A stretch of DNA of 31,243 nt from a virus (lineage: Duplodnaviria > Heunggongvirae > Uroviricota > Caudoviricetes): positions 1 to 31,243 of IMG/VR virus record IMGVR_UViG_2585427771_000003; one strand, 5' to 3'. Under the pieces are notes generated by a model. The model did not search any database and was not told where the DNA came from. It saw only the letters and a program-made list of their open reading frames with translations. Both the position numbers and the translations under genes were made by a program. Positions 16,513 through 31,243 of the stretch are shown here, piece after piece. Numbering within the stretch: position 1 is the stretch's first letter; every line of letters starts with the position of its first letter.

Positions 16513-17595
16513 TTAGAACTGATAAACCAGACCTACAGCGACGATGTCGTCGGTATCAATACCAGCTGTTTTGGTAAACTTACTATCGTCAATTAAGTTG
16601 ATTTTGTAATCAACAAAAGTGGACATGTTTTTATTAAAGTAGTAAGTAGCACCGACATCGACATACTTGACTAAGTCTCGGTCACCATGAACACCAAGGT
16701 CTTTACCTTTTGACTGAAGGTAAGCAACAGATGGTCGCAGACCGAAGTCAAACTGATATTGTGCTACTGCTTCAAAGTTTTGTGCTTTGTTTGCAATATG
16801 GTTATTACCAAAAACGGTCATATTCTGAGTTTCAGAATATGTGGTAGCCAGATAGATATTGTTCGCATCATATTTCAGGCCTGCAGCCCATACTTCCGCA
16901 TTTTTGCCGGAGGCATTGAATTTGCTCTTACCATAGGCGACCTGACCGTCAGTGCGATCTGATTTAGCATAGGTTGCACCCACGCCGAATCCTTCATACT
17001 CATAAGTAGTGGAGAAACCGAAACCATCACCATTGGCTTCAGTTACGTCAGTGCGGTCATTTTTACCCTGATACTGAGCAGCAAAGTTCAGGCCATCGAC
17101 CAGACCAAAGAAGTCGTTGTTACGATAAGTTGCAACACCAGTAGTGCGACCAGTCATGAACACATCTGTTTGGGTCCAGGTATCACCACCGAATTCTGGC
17201 AGGACGTCAGTCCACGCACCGATGTCGTATGCTACACCGTAGTTACGGCCGTAATCGATTGAGCCGTAATCACCAAATTTCAGGCCTGCAAATGCAAGAC
17301 GGGTTTTGTCTTTGGAAGAACCTTGAGATTCAGCACGGTTGCCTTTGAATTCATATTCCCACTGACCGAAACCAGTCAGTTGATCGTTGATTTGGGTTTC
17401 ACCTTTGAAGCCAAGACGGGCATAAGTAGTATCACCATCATCTGCATCATTAGAGGAAAAGTAGTGCTTGGCATTAACTTTCCCGTATAGATCCAGCTTG
17501 TTACTGTCTTTATTATAAATTTCAGCTGCCTGAGCAGACATCGCCATCAGTACTGATGCAGCTACAGCAGAAATTGCCACTGTTAATTTTTTCAT
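16513..17595 (-). CDS. nmpC: OmpC-family outer-membrane porin, NmpC/Lc-like, apparently intact (360 aa)
   Basis: Signal peptide [23 protein letters not shown] followed by [19 protein letters not shown], with aromatic/glycine-rich beta-strand character and a C-terminal ...VGLVYQF typical of general porins. On the - strand between Q and the lysis genes, as in DLP12 and PA-2. Confidence 0.85.
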   Translation of the reverse strand: MKKLTVAISAVAASVLMAMSAQAAEIYNKDSNKLDLYGKVNAKHYFSSNDADDGDTTYARLGFKGETQINDQLTGFGQWEYEFKGNRAESQGSSKDKTRLAFAGLKFGDYGSIDYGRNYGVAYDIGAWTDVLPEFGGDTWTQTDVFMTGRTTGVATYRNNDFFGLVDGLNFAAQYQGKNDRTDVTEANGDGFGFSTTYEYEGFGVGATYAKSDRTDGQVAYGKSKFNASGKNAEVWAAGLKYDANNIYLATTYSETQNMTVFGNNHIANKAQNFEAVAQYQFDFGLRPSVAYLQSKGKDLGVHGDRDLVKYVDVGATYYFNKNMSTFVDYKINLIDDSKFTKTAGIDTDDIVAVGLVYQF

Positions 17596-18022
17596 TGTAC
17601 GCCCTTTTTTTTGAACTATTATTAAAAAATGATGTCACTGCGCGATAAATATTCATCTAATCAATGCGATTATTTCAAGATGTAAGTTTTAGTTTCTCAT
17701 TTAATTTGTGAAGTAGATCTCTATTTTTATCTGAACCTTTTCTATCTAATCCTATTCATGGCTCTTGTTTGAACGAAAATAAATCTATTAGCTAATTTAT
17801 ATTAATGGCACTTATTTATAAGCGCTCTATAATTCTTTAGCTTAATTTAAACAAACTAAAAATAACATCGGAAATTATTCATTGGTTATTTGTTGAAGTT
17901 TTCTTATGTATTTGTGGTGGTGTTTTGAACACTCGGTGGCATTCTCACAAATATCATTTAGTAGTTTACGTACGTAAAAAATTGGTTATGCTGTTAAGAG
18001 TGGTTACTTCGTCACACAGCTT

Positions 18023-18055
18023 AAACCCGCCGTCGAGCGGGTTTTTCCATTTTTT
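18023..18055 (+). terminator. Hairpin terminator upstream of the lysis cassette
   Basis: Stem AAACCCGC / GCGGGTTT with loop CGTCGA, followed by TTCCATTTTTT. Confidence 0.55.
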
Positions 18056-18184
18056 GAGTCTCGATATTAGCTGATAACCCAATACCTGAGTTATTCACTG
18101 ACTCCAAATCTGTTACGTTTCTGCCTTTATTGCGATACGTAGTATCCCCTTAATTTACACCCGCTTTGTCTGCGAGGTGGGGTT

Positions 18185-18400
18185 ATGAAATCCATGGATA
18201 AGTTAACAACGGGTGTCGCCTATGGCACCTCAGCAGGTAGTGCCGGTTACTGGTTTTTACAGCTGCTCGATAAAGTCACGCCCTCACAGTGGGCAGCAAT
18301 AGGTGTGCTGGGTAGCCTGGTATTTGGCCTGCTGACGTACCTGACAAACCTTTATTTCAAGATTAAAGAAGATAAGCGCAAGGCTGCGAGAGGTGAATAA
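18185..18400 (+). CDS. essD: Pinholin, S21-like (71 aa)
   Basis: Translation [71 protein letters not shown] matches the phage 21 holin. Met1 and Met4 give the dual-start motif typical of holin/antiholin pairs. Confidence 0.9.
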
Positions 18401-18897
18401 TGTCGCCATCATTACGCAAGGCTATTGCTGCTGCTATTGGTGGTGGGGCTGTTGCCATAGCGTCTGTGCTCATCACTGGTCCGAGTGGTGACGATGGCCT
18501 GGAAGGTGTCAGCTACATACCATACAAAGATATCGTTGGCGTATGGACTGTATGTCACGGACACACCGGAAAAGACATCATGCTCGGTAAAACGTATACC
18601 GAAGCAGAATGCAAAGCCCTCCTGAATAAAGACCTTGCCACTGTCGCCAGACAAATTAACCCGTACATCACAGTCGATATACCGGAAACAACGCGCGGCG
18701 CTCTTTACTCATTCGTTTACAACGTGGGCGCTGGCAATTTCAGAACATCGACGCTTCTTCGCAAAATAAACCAGGGCGATATCAAAGGCGCATGTGATCA
18801 GCTACGGCGCTGGACATACGCTGGCGGTAAGCAATGGAAAGGGCTGATGACTCGCCGTGAGATTGAGCGTGAAGTCTGTTTGTGGGGGCAACAATGA
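18400..18897 (+). CDS. rrrD: SAR endolysin (lysozyme, R21-like, 165 aa)
   Basis: N-terminal glycine/alanine-rich signal-anchor-release segment ([20 protein letters not shown]) followed by a lysozyme domain; matches the phage 21 endolysin. Start overlaps the holin stop. Confidence 0.9.
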   Translation: MSPSLRKAIAAAIGGGAVAIASVLITGPSGDDGLEGVSYIPYKDIVGVWTVCHGHTGKDIMLGKTYTEAECKALLNKDLATVARQINPYITVDIPETTRGALYSFVYNVGAGNFRTSTLLRKINQGDIKGACDQLRRWTYAGGKQWKGLMTRREIEREVCLWGQQ

Positions 18898-18985
18898 GCA
18901 TGATTTGCTTTTTCATGGCAGCGTTGCTCGCATTCAATGGCAACGATGCGTGGCCGTGGTTTCTGGCTGTTGGAGTGTTGATGTC

Positions 18986-19447
18986 ATGAGTCGGTTAACC
19001 GCGATTATCTCCGCTCTGCTCATCTGCATCATCGTCTGCCTGTTATGGACTGTTAATCATTACCGTGATAACGCCATTACCTACAAAGCCCAGCGCGACA
19101 AAAATGCCAGAGAACTGAAGCTGGCGAATGCGGCAATTACTGACATGCAGATGCGTCAGCGTGATGTTGCTGCGCTCGATGCAAAATACACGAAGGAGTT
19201 AGCTGATGCGAAAGCTGAAAATGATGCTCTGCGTGATGATGTTGCCGCTGGTCGTCGTCGGTTGCACATCAAAGCAGTCTGTCAGTCAGTGCGTGAAGCC
19301 ACCACCGCCTCCGGCGTGGATAATGCAGCCTCCCCCCGACTGGCAGACACCGCTGAACGGGATTATTTCACCCTCAGAGAGAGGCTGATCACGATGCAAA
19401 AACAACTGGAAGGAACCCAGAAGTATATTAATGAGCAGTGCAGATAG
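18986..19447 (+). CDS. rzpD: Spanin inner-membrane subunit Rz (153 aa)
   Basis: From the ATG at 18986: [55 protein letters not shown]..., an N-terminal transmembrane helix then coiled coil. Confidence 0.9.
   Translation: MSRLTAIISALLICIIVCLLWTVNHYRDNAITYKAQRDKNARELKLANAAITDMQMRQRDVAALDAKYTKELADAKAENDALRDDVAAGRRRLHIKAVCQSVREATTASGVDNAASPRLADTAERDYFTLRERLITMQKQLEGTQKYINEQCR
19206..19388 (+). CDS. rzoD: Spanin outer-membrane lipoprotein Rz1 (60 aa), embedded in Rz in the +1 frame
   Basis: Translation [52 protein letters not shown]: lipobox VVGC and a proline-rich tail, entirely inside the Rz coding region. Confidence 0.8.
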   Translation: MRKLKMMLCVMMLPLVVVGCTSKQSVSQCVKPPPPPAWIMQPPPDWQTPLNGIISPSERG

Positions 19448-19478
19448 AGCTGCCCATATCGATGGGCAACTCATGCAA

Positions 19479-19772
19479 TTATTGTGAGCAATAGACACGC
19501 GCTTCCAGCGGAGTATAAATGCCTAAAGTAATAAAACCGAGCAATCCATTTACGAATGTTTGCTGGGTTTCTGTTTTAACAACATTTTCTGCGCCGCCAC
19601 AAATTTTGGCTGCATCAACAGTTTTCTCCTGTCCAATTCCCGAAACGAAGAAATGATGGGTGATGGTTTCCTTTGGTGTTACTGCTGTCGGTTTGTTTCC
19701 AACAGTAAACGTCTGTTGAGCACATCCTGTAATAAGCATTGCCAGAGCGGCAGAAAACAACATTTTTTTCAT
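19479..19772 (-). CDS. borD: Bor serum-resistance lipoprotein (97 aa)
   Basis: From the ATG at 19770-19772: MKKMLFSAALAMLITGCAQQTFTVGNKPTAVTPKETITHHFFVSGIGQEKTVDAAKICGG... with lipobox ITGC; matches lambda Bor. Confidence 0.9.
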   Translation of the reverse strand: MKKMLFSAALAMLITGCAQQTFTVGNKPTAVTPKETITHHFFVSGIGQEKTVDAAKICGGAENVVKTETQQTFVNGLLGFITLGIYTPLEARVYCSQ

Positions 19773-20250
19773 CTTATTATCCTGCATTGTTAAAAACGGC
19801 AGAATCCTATGTGACAACAATTAAACGATAGTTAAATGGATTGATGAAAATTAAAACTATATAGGTGGATGCTCAGCCTATTGGAGGAGGGAGGCACTCA
19901 GAATCCTGTGGAATGAAATAAACCGCTCTATCTGTCCATTACCCTTTTAGCTGCGCTGTATCGTCGCCGTATTCCCGCATTAACCATGACCGTAGCCCGA
20001 CGGGGAATTCCTTCTGCGTGAGTGTGCGGGAATAATCAAAAACGATGCACACCGGGTTTTTACCGCGTTTATGGTTCGCGGGGGGGGGGCCCTCATGCTC
20101 GCCAGTCCTGTGCGGGGGTGGAAGAAACAGGACGTGTATTCAGGTCTGTGTGACTGTGGTCGCAAGACTTTTGTCGTTCAGCTATTAAATCCCATTACGA
20201 AGTAGACCAGAACTGCCAACGGGTCCTTTCCGGCGATCCGACAGGTTACG

Positions 20251-20262
20251 GGGCGGCGACCT
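20251..20262 (+). other. cosN cohesive-end site (GGGCGGCGACCT), with cosB extending toward nu1
   Basis: Exact lambda 12-nt cohesive-end sequence, embedded in ...CGACAGGTTACG-GGGCGGCGACCT-CGCGGGTTTTCGCTATTTATGAAAATTTTCCGG..., which matches the joined right and left ends of lambda as I remember them. The terminase small-subunit gene starts about 180 nt downstream. Confidence 0.85.
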
Positions 20263-20439
20263 CGCGGGTTTTCGCTATTTATGAAAATTTTCCGGTTTAA
20301 GGTGTTTCCGTTCTTCTTCGCCGTAACCTAATGTTTTTATTTAAAACACCCCCTGAAAAGAAAGGAAACGACAGGTGCTGAAAGCGAGCTTTTTGGCCTC
20401 TGTCGTTTCCTTTCTCTGTTTTTGTCCGTGGAATGAGCA

Positions 20440-20959
20440 ATGGAAGTCAACAAAAAGCAGCTGGCTGACATTTTCGGTGCGAGTATCCGTACCATTCAGA
20501 ACTGGCAGGAACAGGGAATGCCCGTTCTGCGAGGCGGTGGCAAGGGTAATGAGGTGCTTTATGACTCTGCCGCCGTCATAAAATGGTATGCCGAAAGGGA
20601 TGCTGAAATTGAGAACGAAAAGCTGCGCCGGGAGGTTGAAGAACTGCTGCAGGCCAGCGAGACAGATCTCCAGCCAGGGACTATTGAGTACGAACGCCAT
20701 CGACTTACGCGTGCGCAGGCCGATGCACAGGAGCTGAAAAATGCCAGAGACTCCGCTGAAGTGGTGGAAACCGCATTCTGTACTTTCGTGCTGTCGCGTA
20801 TCGCAGGTGAAATTGCCAGTATTCTCGACGGGATCCCCCTGTCGGTGCAGCGGCGTTTTCCGGAACTGGAAAACCGACATGTTGATTTCCTGAAACGGGA
20901 TATCATCAAAGCCATGAACAAAGCAGCCGCGCTGGATGAACTGATACCGGGGTTGCTGA

Positions 20960-20985
<26 letters not shown>
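20440..20985 (+). CDS. nu1: Terminase small subunit Nu1 (181 aa)
   Basis: Translation MEVNKKQLADIFGASIRTIQNWQEQGMPVLRGGGKGNEVLYDSAAVIKWYAERDAEIENEKLRREVEEL... matches lambda Nu1 (N-terminal winged HTH). Confidence 0.95.
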
Positions 20986-23154
<2,169 letters not shown>

Positions 23155-23434
23155 GGGGGCTGCCGCAATTACAGGAATGTATGGTGCGGGGGCCAGTATG
23201 GTGCTCGGTGGTGTGGCGCAGATGCTGGCACCGAAAGCCAGAACTCCCCGTACACAGACAACGGATAACGGCAAACAGAACACCTATTTCTCCTCACTGG
23301 ATAACATGGTTGCCCAGGGCAATGTTCTGCCGGTTCTGTACGGTGAAATGCGCGTGGGGTCACGGGTGATTTCGCAGGAGATCAGCACGGCAGATGAAGG
23401 AGATGGTGGTCAGGTTGTGGTGATTGGTCGTTGA
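23155..23434 (+). pseudogene. I: Tail assembly protein I, C-terminal remnant
   Basis: In the frame of ORF 23081..23434 the translation ends ...MVLGGVAQMLAPKARTPRTQTTDNGKQNTYFSSLDNMVAQGNVLPVLYGEMRVGSRVISQEISTADEGDGGQVVVIGR, which matches the lambda gpI C-terminus. No proper start codon; it abuts the B remnant. Confidence 0.7.
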
Positions 23435-23491
23435 TGCAGAATGTTTTGTGTGAAACCGCCTCAGGGCGGTTTTGTCGTTTCTGGAGCGTGA

Positions 23492-26889
<3,398 letters not shown>

Positions 26890-26956
26890 ATTTTATAACC
26901 CCAATACGGGCGTCAGAAATGACGCCTTTTTTATTGCAGAAAAGCGAGAGGTAATT

Positions 26957-27556
26957 ATGCGTAAATTATGTGCTGTTATTCTGTCCGCAGTAGTCTGGCT
27001 GGTTGCCGCTGGTACGCCAGCGAGCTCAGCAGAGCATCAGTCCACACTAAGCGCCGGGTATCTTCAGACCCATACTGATATGCCAGGCAGTGATGACCTG
27101 AAGGGCATTAACGTGAAATACCGTTATGAATTTACGGACACGCTGGGGCTGGTGACGTCATTCAGTTATGCAGGATACAAGAATCGTCAGCTGACCCGTT
27201 ACAGCGATACCCGCTGGCATAAAGATTCCGTGCGTAACCGCTGGTTCAGCGTGATGGCGGGGCCGTCTGTGCGCGTGAATGAATGGTTCAGCGCGTATGC
27301 GATGGCGGGTATGGCTTACAGCCGTGTTTCGACTTTTTCCGGGGATTACCTCCGCGTAACTGACAACAAGGGGAAAACGCACGATGTGCTGACCGGAAGT
27401 GATGACGGTCGCCACAGCAACACGTCTCTGGCGTGGGGAGCTGGCGTGCAGTTTAACCCGACCGAATCCGTGGCCATTGATATTGCTTATGAAGGCTCCG
27501 GCAGTGGTGACTGGCGCACTGACGGTTTCATCGTGGGTGTCGGTTATAAGTTCTGA
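26957..27556 (+). CDS. lom: Lom outer-membrane protein (Ail/Lom family, 199 aa)
   Basis: Signal peptide, then beta-barrel-like sequence with INVKYRYEFTD and the C-terminal IAYEGSGSGDWRTDGFIVGVGYKF matching lambda Lom; GAGAGG Shine-Dalgarno upstream. Confidence 0.9.
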   Translation: MRKLCAVILSAVVWLVAAGTPASSAEHQSTLSAGYLQTHTDMPGSDDLKGINVKYRYEFTDTLGLVTSFSYAGYKNRQLTRYSDTRWHKDSVRNRWFSVMAGPSVRVNEWFSAYAMAGMAYSRVSTFSGDYLRVTDNKGKTHDVLTGSDDGRHSNTSLAWGAGVQFNPTESVAIDIAYEGSGSGDWRTDGFIVGVGYKF

Positions 27557-27582
27557 TTAGCCAGGTAACACAGTGTTATGAC

Positions 27583-27610
27583 AGCCCGCCGGTTCAGGCG
27601 GGCTTTTTTG
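27583..27610 (+). terminator. Rho-independent terminator after lom
   Basis: Stem AGCCCGCCGG / (C)GGCGGGCT with loop TTCA, followed by TTTTTTG. Confidence 0.75.
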
Positions 27611-27620
27611 TGGAGTGGAT

Positions 27621-30020
27621 ATGGCAGCAGTAAAAATCTCAGGTGTGCTGAAAGATGGTGCGGGAAAACCAATACAGAACTGCACTATTCAACTGAAGGC
27701 AAAGCGTAACAGCACCACGGTACTGGTGAACACGGTGGCCTCTGAAAATCCGGATGAAGCCGGGCGTTACAGCATGGATGTTGAGTATGGCCAGTACAGC
27801 GTTATCCTGCTGGTTGAAGGTTTTCCGCCTTCACATGCCGGGACCATCACCGTGTATGAAGATTCTAAGCCGGGGACGCTGAATGATTTTCTCGGTGCCA
27901 TGACGGAAGATGATGTCATGCCGGAGGCATTGCGTCGTTTTGAGGAAATGGTGGAAGAAGCGGCACGCAACGCTGAAGCCGCCTCTCAGAGCGCAGCGGC
28001 GGCAAAGAAATCCGAAACAGCAGCGGCATCATCGAAGAACGCGGCGAAAACCTCAGAAACGAACGCAGCTAACAGCGCACAGGCGGCAGCGGCCTCACAG
28101 ACTGCATCGGCAAACTCCGCGACTGCAGCCAAAAAATCAGAAACCAACGCGAAAAACAGTGAGACAGCCGCAAAGACGAGCGAAACCAACGCGAAGTCCA
28201 GCCAGACGGCAGCGAAAACCAGCGAAACGAATGCCAAAGCCAGTGAAACTGCGGCGAAAAGCAGTCAGGATGCAGCAGCTGAAAGCGAGAGTGCGGCGGC
28301 CGGTTCTGCGACTTCAGCAGCCGGATCAGCAACTGCTGCGGCTAACAGCCAGAAAGCTGCGAAGACGAGTGAAACTAACGCAAAGTCCAGCCAGACAGCA
28401 GCGAAGACCAGCGAAACGAATGCCAAAGCCAGCGAAACTGCGGCGAAAAGTAGTCAGGCTGCAGCAGCCGAAAGCGAGAGTGCTGCAGCTGGTTCTGCAA
28501 GTGCGGCGGCTGCTTCTGCCACTGCATCAGCTAACAGTCAAAAAGCAGCAAAAACCAGTGAAACCAACGCAAAGGCGAGCGAAACAGCGGCTGCGAACTC
28601 AGCGAAAGCATCGGCAGCAAGCCAGACGGCAGCTAAAGCAAGCGAAGATGCAGCCAGAGAGTACGCAAGCCAGGCTGCGGAGCCGTATAAATATGTCTTA
28701 CAGCCGTTACCTGAGGTGTGGATACCGTTTAACGATTCACTGGATATGATTACCGGGTTTGCTCCTGGATATAAGAGCATCACAGTTGGTGACGATGTTA
28801 TTGCATTGCCGTCTGAAAAGGTTGTTTCATTTACCAGGGCGTCAACTGCAACGTATATAGATAAGTCTGGGTGTTTTGCTGAATCAGCGATAAATGAACC
28901 ACGTTTTGAAAAAGATGGTCTGCTCATTGAAGGTCAGAGAACGAATACTTTTTCTTATACGAATACACCAGTATCGTGGAACTATGACACTGCTAACTTA
29001 ACTATTACCACGGGAGTTGATGAGTATGGTTTCAGTTATGGTTTGTTTGGCGTTAAAGAAACATCCACAACTGAAAGGGCGACATTAATTTCTACTGGAT
29101 ATACCAGGGTTATTTCAGTTTCGGCAAATGAATCAGTTACTTTATCCTGCAGAGTTAAAAAAGTAAGTGGGGATGGTATTATCACGTTGCGTCCAAGAAT
29201 ATCATATGTTAACGACGATGGCTCAAGTAACACACTGACCGCTGGCGCATATATTGATTGCGAGACTGGCGATATGTTGAGTTATTCTGGAGGTGAGGCG
29301 GCAACTTATAACATATTCAGAGAGTCTAATGGATGGATTCGTGTTGAGTTTACCTACAAATCACCAGAAGCAAAAAATATGTATGGGCGTTTTGAGTTTG
29401 GAGCACATCAACGATCAATCAAGTCTGGCGATAAATTAATGTTAACAACCCCTCAATTCGAAAAGGGACTAAACGCGTCATCTTTTATCATCACAACAGA
29501 GGTCGGTGCCACGAGAGCAAGTGACCAGGTAATCATACCTATACCTTTCAATTGGGCAACTCCACCAGTTAGTGTTCTCATGGAAGTTAATGTTAATTGG
29601 GATTCTGAAATGCCTAATTTAGAAGGCTCTGCGCGTTTGCTTAATATCTCAATTACAGGGGCGACGACTGAAGTTTCTGATGAAAGTTATATGTATTTTG
29701 GTTTTACCACTCGTGGTAAAAGGCTAATTATCACCAATGGCAAAGGAACAAAAACAGAATATAAAGCATATGGGAATAGAGAGAAAAGGAAATTTGTTAC
29801 TGGCTTTAAGTTTACAGAAGATAAACAGTTGCAGGTTGTTGTTGATGGAATTTTAGGTGGCAGCTCCCCGTCTCTGCATACATTGCAACGTTATACTGCC
29901 GGTAATATTAATATCGGTGGACAATCATCCAGTGGCAACAGACACCTGTTCGGTCATGTGAAAAATTTACGCATTTGGCATAAAGAATTAACTGAGGCAC
30001 AAATGGGGGAGTCAATCTAA
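27621..30020 (+). CDS. stf: Side tail fibre protein, mosaic: lambda Stf-like N-terminus, repetitive Ala/Ser/Thr-rich shaft, divergent C-terminal domain (799 aa from ATG 27621)
   Basis: N-terminus (M)AAVKISGVLKDGAGKPIQNCTIQLKAKRNSTTVLVNTVASENPDEAGRYSMDVEYGQYSVIL matches lambda Stf. The middle is a KTSETNAK/ASETAAKSSQ-type repeat region. The last roughly 400 aa are visibly AT-rich and unlike lambda Stf, ending ...GNRHLFGHVKNLRIWHKELTEAQMGESI, a lectin-like (concanavalin/LamG-type) ending by impression only. GGAG lies 5 nt before the ATG at 27621; the ORF is open from a GTG at 27615. Confidence 0.8.
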   Translation: MAAVKISGVLKDGAGKPIQNCTIQLKAKRNSTTVLVNTVASENPDEAGRYSMDVEYGQYSVILLVEGFPPSHAGTITVYEDSKPGTLNDFLGAMTEDDVMPEALRRFEEMVEEAARNAEAASQSAAAAKKSETAAASSKNAAKTSETNAANSAQAAAASQTASANSATAAKKSETNAKNSETAAKTSETNAKSSQTAAKTSETNAKASETAAKSSQDAAAESESAAAGSATSAAGSATAAANSQKAAKTSETNAKSSQTAAKTSETNAKASETAAKSSQAAAAESESAAAGSASAAAASATASANSQKAAKTSETNAKASETAAANSAKASAASQTAAKASEDAAREYASQAAEPYKYVLQPLPEVWIPFNDSLDMITGFAPGYKSITVGDDVIALPSEKVVSFTRASTATYIDKSGCFAESAINEPRFEKDGLLIEGQRTNTFSYTNTPVSWNYDTANLTITTGVDEYGFSYGLFGVKETSTTERATLISTGYTRVISVSANESVTLSCRVKKVSGDGIITLRPRISYVNDDGSSNTLTAGAYIDCETGDMLSYSGGEAATYNIFRESNGWIRVEFTYKSPEAKNMYGRFEFGAHQRSIKSGDKLMLTTPQFEKGLNASSFIITTEVGATRASDQVIIPIPFNWATPPVSVLMEVNVNWDSEMPNLEGSARLLNISITGATTEVSDESYMYFGFTTRGKRLIITNGKGTKTEYKAYGNREKRKFVTGFKFTEDKQLQVVVDGILGGSSPSLHTLQRYTAGNINIGGQSSSGNRHLFGHVKNLRIWHKELTEAQMGESI
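28188..28565 (+). repeat. Tandem direct repeat, two copies of 189 bp, within the stf shaft region
   Basis: The 63-aa unit NAKSSQTAAKTSETNAKASETAAKSSQ(D/A)AAAESESAAAGSA...ANSQKAAKTSET occurs twice in tandem (second copy begins near 28377), with near-identical DNA. More degenerate heptad-like repeats flank it. Confidence 0.8.
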
Positions 30021-30301
30021 TGAAAGATTTAACACTCAAATTTGAAGACAGGGCCGACTTTTCGGCCTTTATGGAGAGTATTGGCTATTATGATGACGAG
30101 TCGATGCAGGATGATATTCTTATCGACGTGATAGGTAACGTGTACAAAGAAACCGGAGAACTGACTGAAGATGGCGAACCGGTATGTGTTAAGGAAGACG
30201 GATATTTTGTAAACGTGCGCATCATTAATGATTCGCAAATATCGTCATTATTCGATGAATACGTGGTTGCTGTTGAGCATCAACTTCGTGGCTGGATGTG
30301 A
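30020..30301 (+). CDS. Hypothetical acidic protein (93 aa) translationally coupled to stf; candidate fibre chaperone or accessory protein
   Basis: ATG overlaps the stf stop (TAATG) with GGGGGAG 8 nt upstream. Translation MKDLTLKFEDRADFSAFMESIGYYDDESMQDDILIDVIGNVYK... does not resemble lambda-type Tfa. Confidence 0.5.
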   Translation: MKDLTLKFEDRADFSAFMESIGYYDDESMQDDILIDVIGNVYKETGELTEDGEPVCVKEDGYFVNVRIINDSQISSLFDEYVVAVEHQLRGWM

Positions 30302-30310
30302 GGAAGAAAA

Positions 30311-31243
30311 ATGGCTACATCGACAGTAATTCCTGATGACATCAAAACGCTAAAATCCGACGTTAGCAAATTAAAAAACGATCAAGGAAGCTACGCAACA
30401 AAATTATATGTAGACAGCAAAGATGAAATCGTTGGTGACTGGTCTGCTTCATGGTATCAGCAGGTATTGCCAACTAGCGGAGCTATATTTGGGAGAAAAC
30501 TCCGCTCAACTCACAGGACGGCAGGTGTTGAGGATGCGTATTGCGAACTATACCTCAAAAAATGGATAGACAGTCCAGGTAACGCAATGGCGCGCCTTAA
30601 CCTGAACGATAACGGGACAAACATTTGCTGGGACTTTACCAACCTTTATGGCGGTACGATGATTTTTCCCGGTGACAGCGGATACCTCAAAATGGGTAAC
30701 TGCCTTATGTCATACAGCAAGCGTGGAAGTAACGCGCTTATTAAATTTGATTACACCGACACATTACAGATCAAATATGCCAATCATGGGTCAACCATGA
30801 CATTAAACACACAGGGAACCGCTCATTCTGGCGCTACTACTAGTTTGTGGGGTAACTCTACCCGTCCGGTTGTATATGAAGTTGGTGCTGATGGTGGCGC
30901 GTATATGTTCTATGCGCAGAAAAATACCGATAACACCTATATGTTAAGCGTTAATGGTGCATGTCATGCCACCGCATTTAACCAGCATTCCGACCGGGAT
31001 CTGAAAGACAACATTCAGGTGATCGATAATGCAACCGACCGCATCCGTAAAATGAACGGCTATACATACACGCTTAAAGAAAACGGTATGCCCTATGCTG
31101 GTGTCATTGCACAGGAAGCACTGGAAGCAATCCCAGAAGTTGTAGGTTCCGCAATGAAATATCAGGACGGTGCAGGCGGATCGGAAGGTGAAGAAGGTGA
31201 ACGTTATTACACAGTAGATTATTCTGGTGTTACTGGCTTGCTT
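30311..31243 (+). CDS. Tail fibre-like protein with a C-terminal intramolecular-chaperone (peptidase S74-like) motif; 3'-truncated by the window end
   Basis: ATG at 30311 preceded by GAGGAAG; open to the last base of the window (311 codons), so it is absent from the ORF track. Translation MATSTVIPDDIKTLKSDVSKLKNDQGSYATKLYVDSKDEIVGDWSASWYQQ... and, near the end, ...NQHSDRDLKDNIQVIDNATDRIRKMNGYTYTLKENGMPYAGVIAQEALEAIPEVV, which resembles the self-cleaving chaperone domain of T5-type and endosialidase-type fibres. Confidence 0.6.
   Translation, partial: MATSTVIPDDIKTLKSDVSKLKNDQGSYATKLYVDSKDEIVGDWSASWYQQVLPTSGAIFGRKLRSTHRTAGVEDAYCELYLKKWIDSPGNAMARLNLNDNGTNICWDFTNLYGGTMIFPGDSGYLKMGNCLMSYSKRGSNALIKFDYTDTLQIKYANHGSTMTLNTQGTAHSGATTSLWGNSTRPVVYEVGADGGAYMFYAQKNTDNTYMLSVNGACHATAFNQHSDRDLKDNIQVIDNATDRIRKMNGYTYTLKENGMPYAGVIAQEALEAIPEVVGSAMKYQDGAGGSEGEEGERYYTVDYSGVTGLL

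Noticed and set aside
16513-17595. Possible IS-element disruption of the porin gene, as in E. coli K-12
   Set aside because: The ORF is continuous for 360 codons and no transposase-like ORF or inverted-repeat insertion is evident here or elsewhere in the window.
17596-18184. Possible tRNA genes in the long intergenic region between the porin gene and the holin, as seen downstream of Q in some lambdoid phages
   Set aside because: No cloverleaf-compatible sequence or conserved T-loop (GTTCGAATC-like) motif was seen; the region is AT-rich promoter and terminator sequence.
20341-20921. Antisense ORFs of 179 and 120 aa overlapping nu1 and cosB
   Set aside because: nu1 in the + frame matches lambda Nu1; the antisense frames are cysteine/serine-rich with no motifs.
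27910-28749. 279-aa arginine-rich ORF in an alternative frame across the stf repeat region
   Set aside because: It lies wholly inside stf, whose reading frame matches lambda Stf. The Arg/Gln/Lys-rich translation is the usual out-of-frame product of GCN-rich Ala/Ser/Thr codon repeats.

Overview
This window is a lambda-like (lambdoid) prophage of an enterobacterium, read from the integrase end through to the tail fibres; its gene content resembles the E. coli DLP12 prophage family. Identifications rest on reading the supplied ORF translations against remembered lambda and DLP12 protein sequences and on motifs visible in the DNA; no database search was run. Order on the + strand: int/xis (- strand), an early-left operon (small ORFs, TraR-like, a TGT/DpdA-like insert, exo-bet-gam), an immunity region (cI with an unknown 317-aa gene in the rexAB position, divergent cro), replication genes O (with ori iterons) and P, ren, a low-GC cargo block (emrE, serine recombinase ybcK, a lipoprotein esterase), the nin-type genes ybcN-ninE-ybcO-rusA-ylcG, Q antiterminator, an intact porin gene, the lysis cassette (pinholin, SAR endolysin, Rz/Rz1), bor, cos, terminase Nu1/A, W, then a deletion scar joining the start of portal B to the end of tail gene I, followed by J (frameshifted), lom, a mosaic side tail fibre, and a second fibre gene running off the window end. 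The prophage is almost certainly defective, since nearly all head and tail-shaft genes are absent. The most interesting candidates are the unknown gene in the rex position (possible phage-defence or exclusion gene), the TGT/DpdA-like insert upstream of exo, the missing canonical N gene, and the remodelled tail-fibre module.
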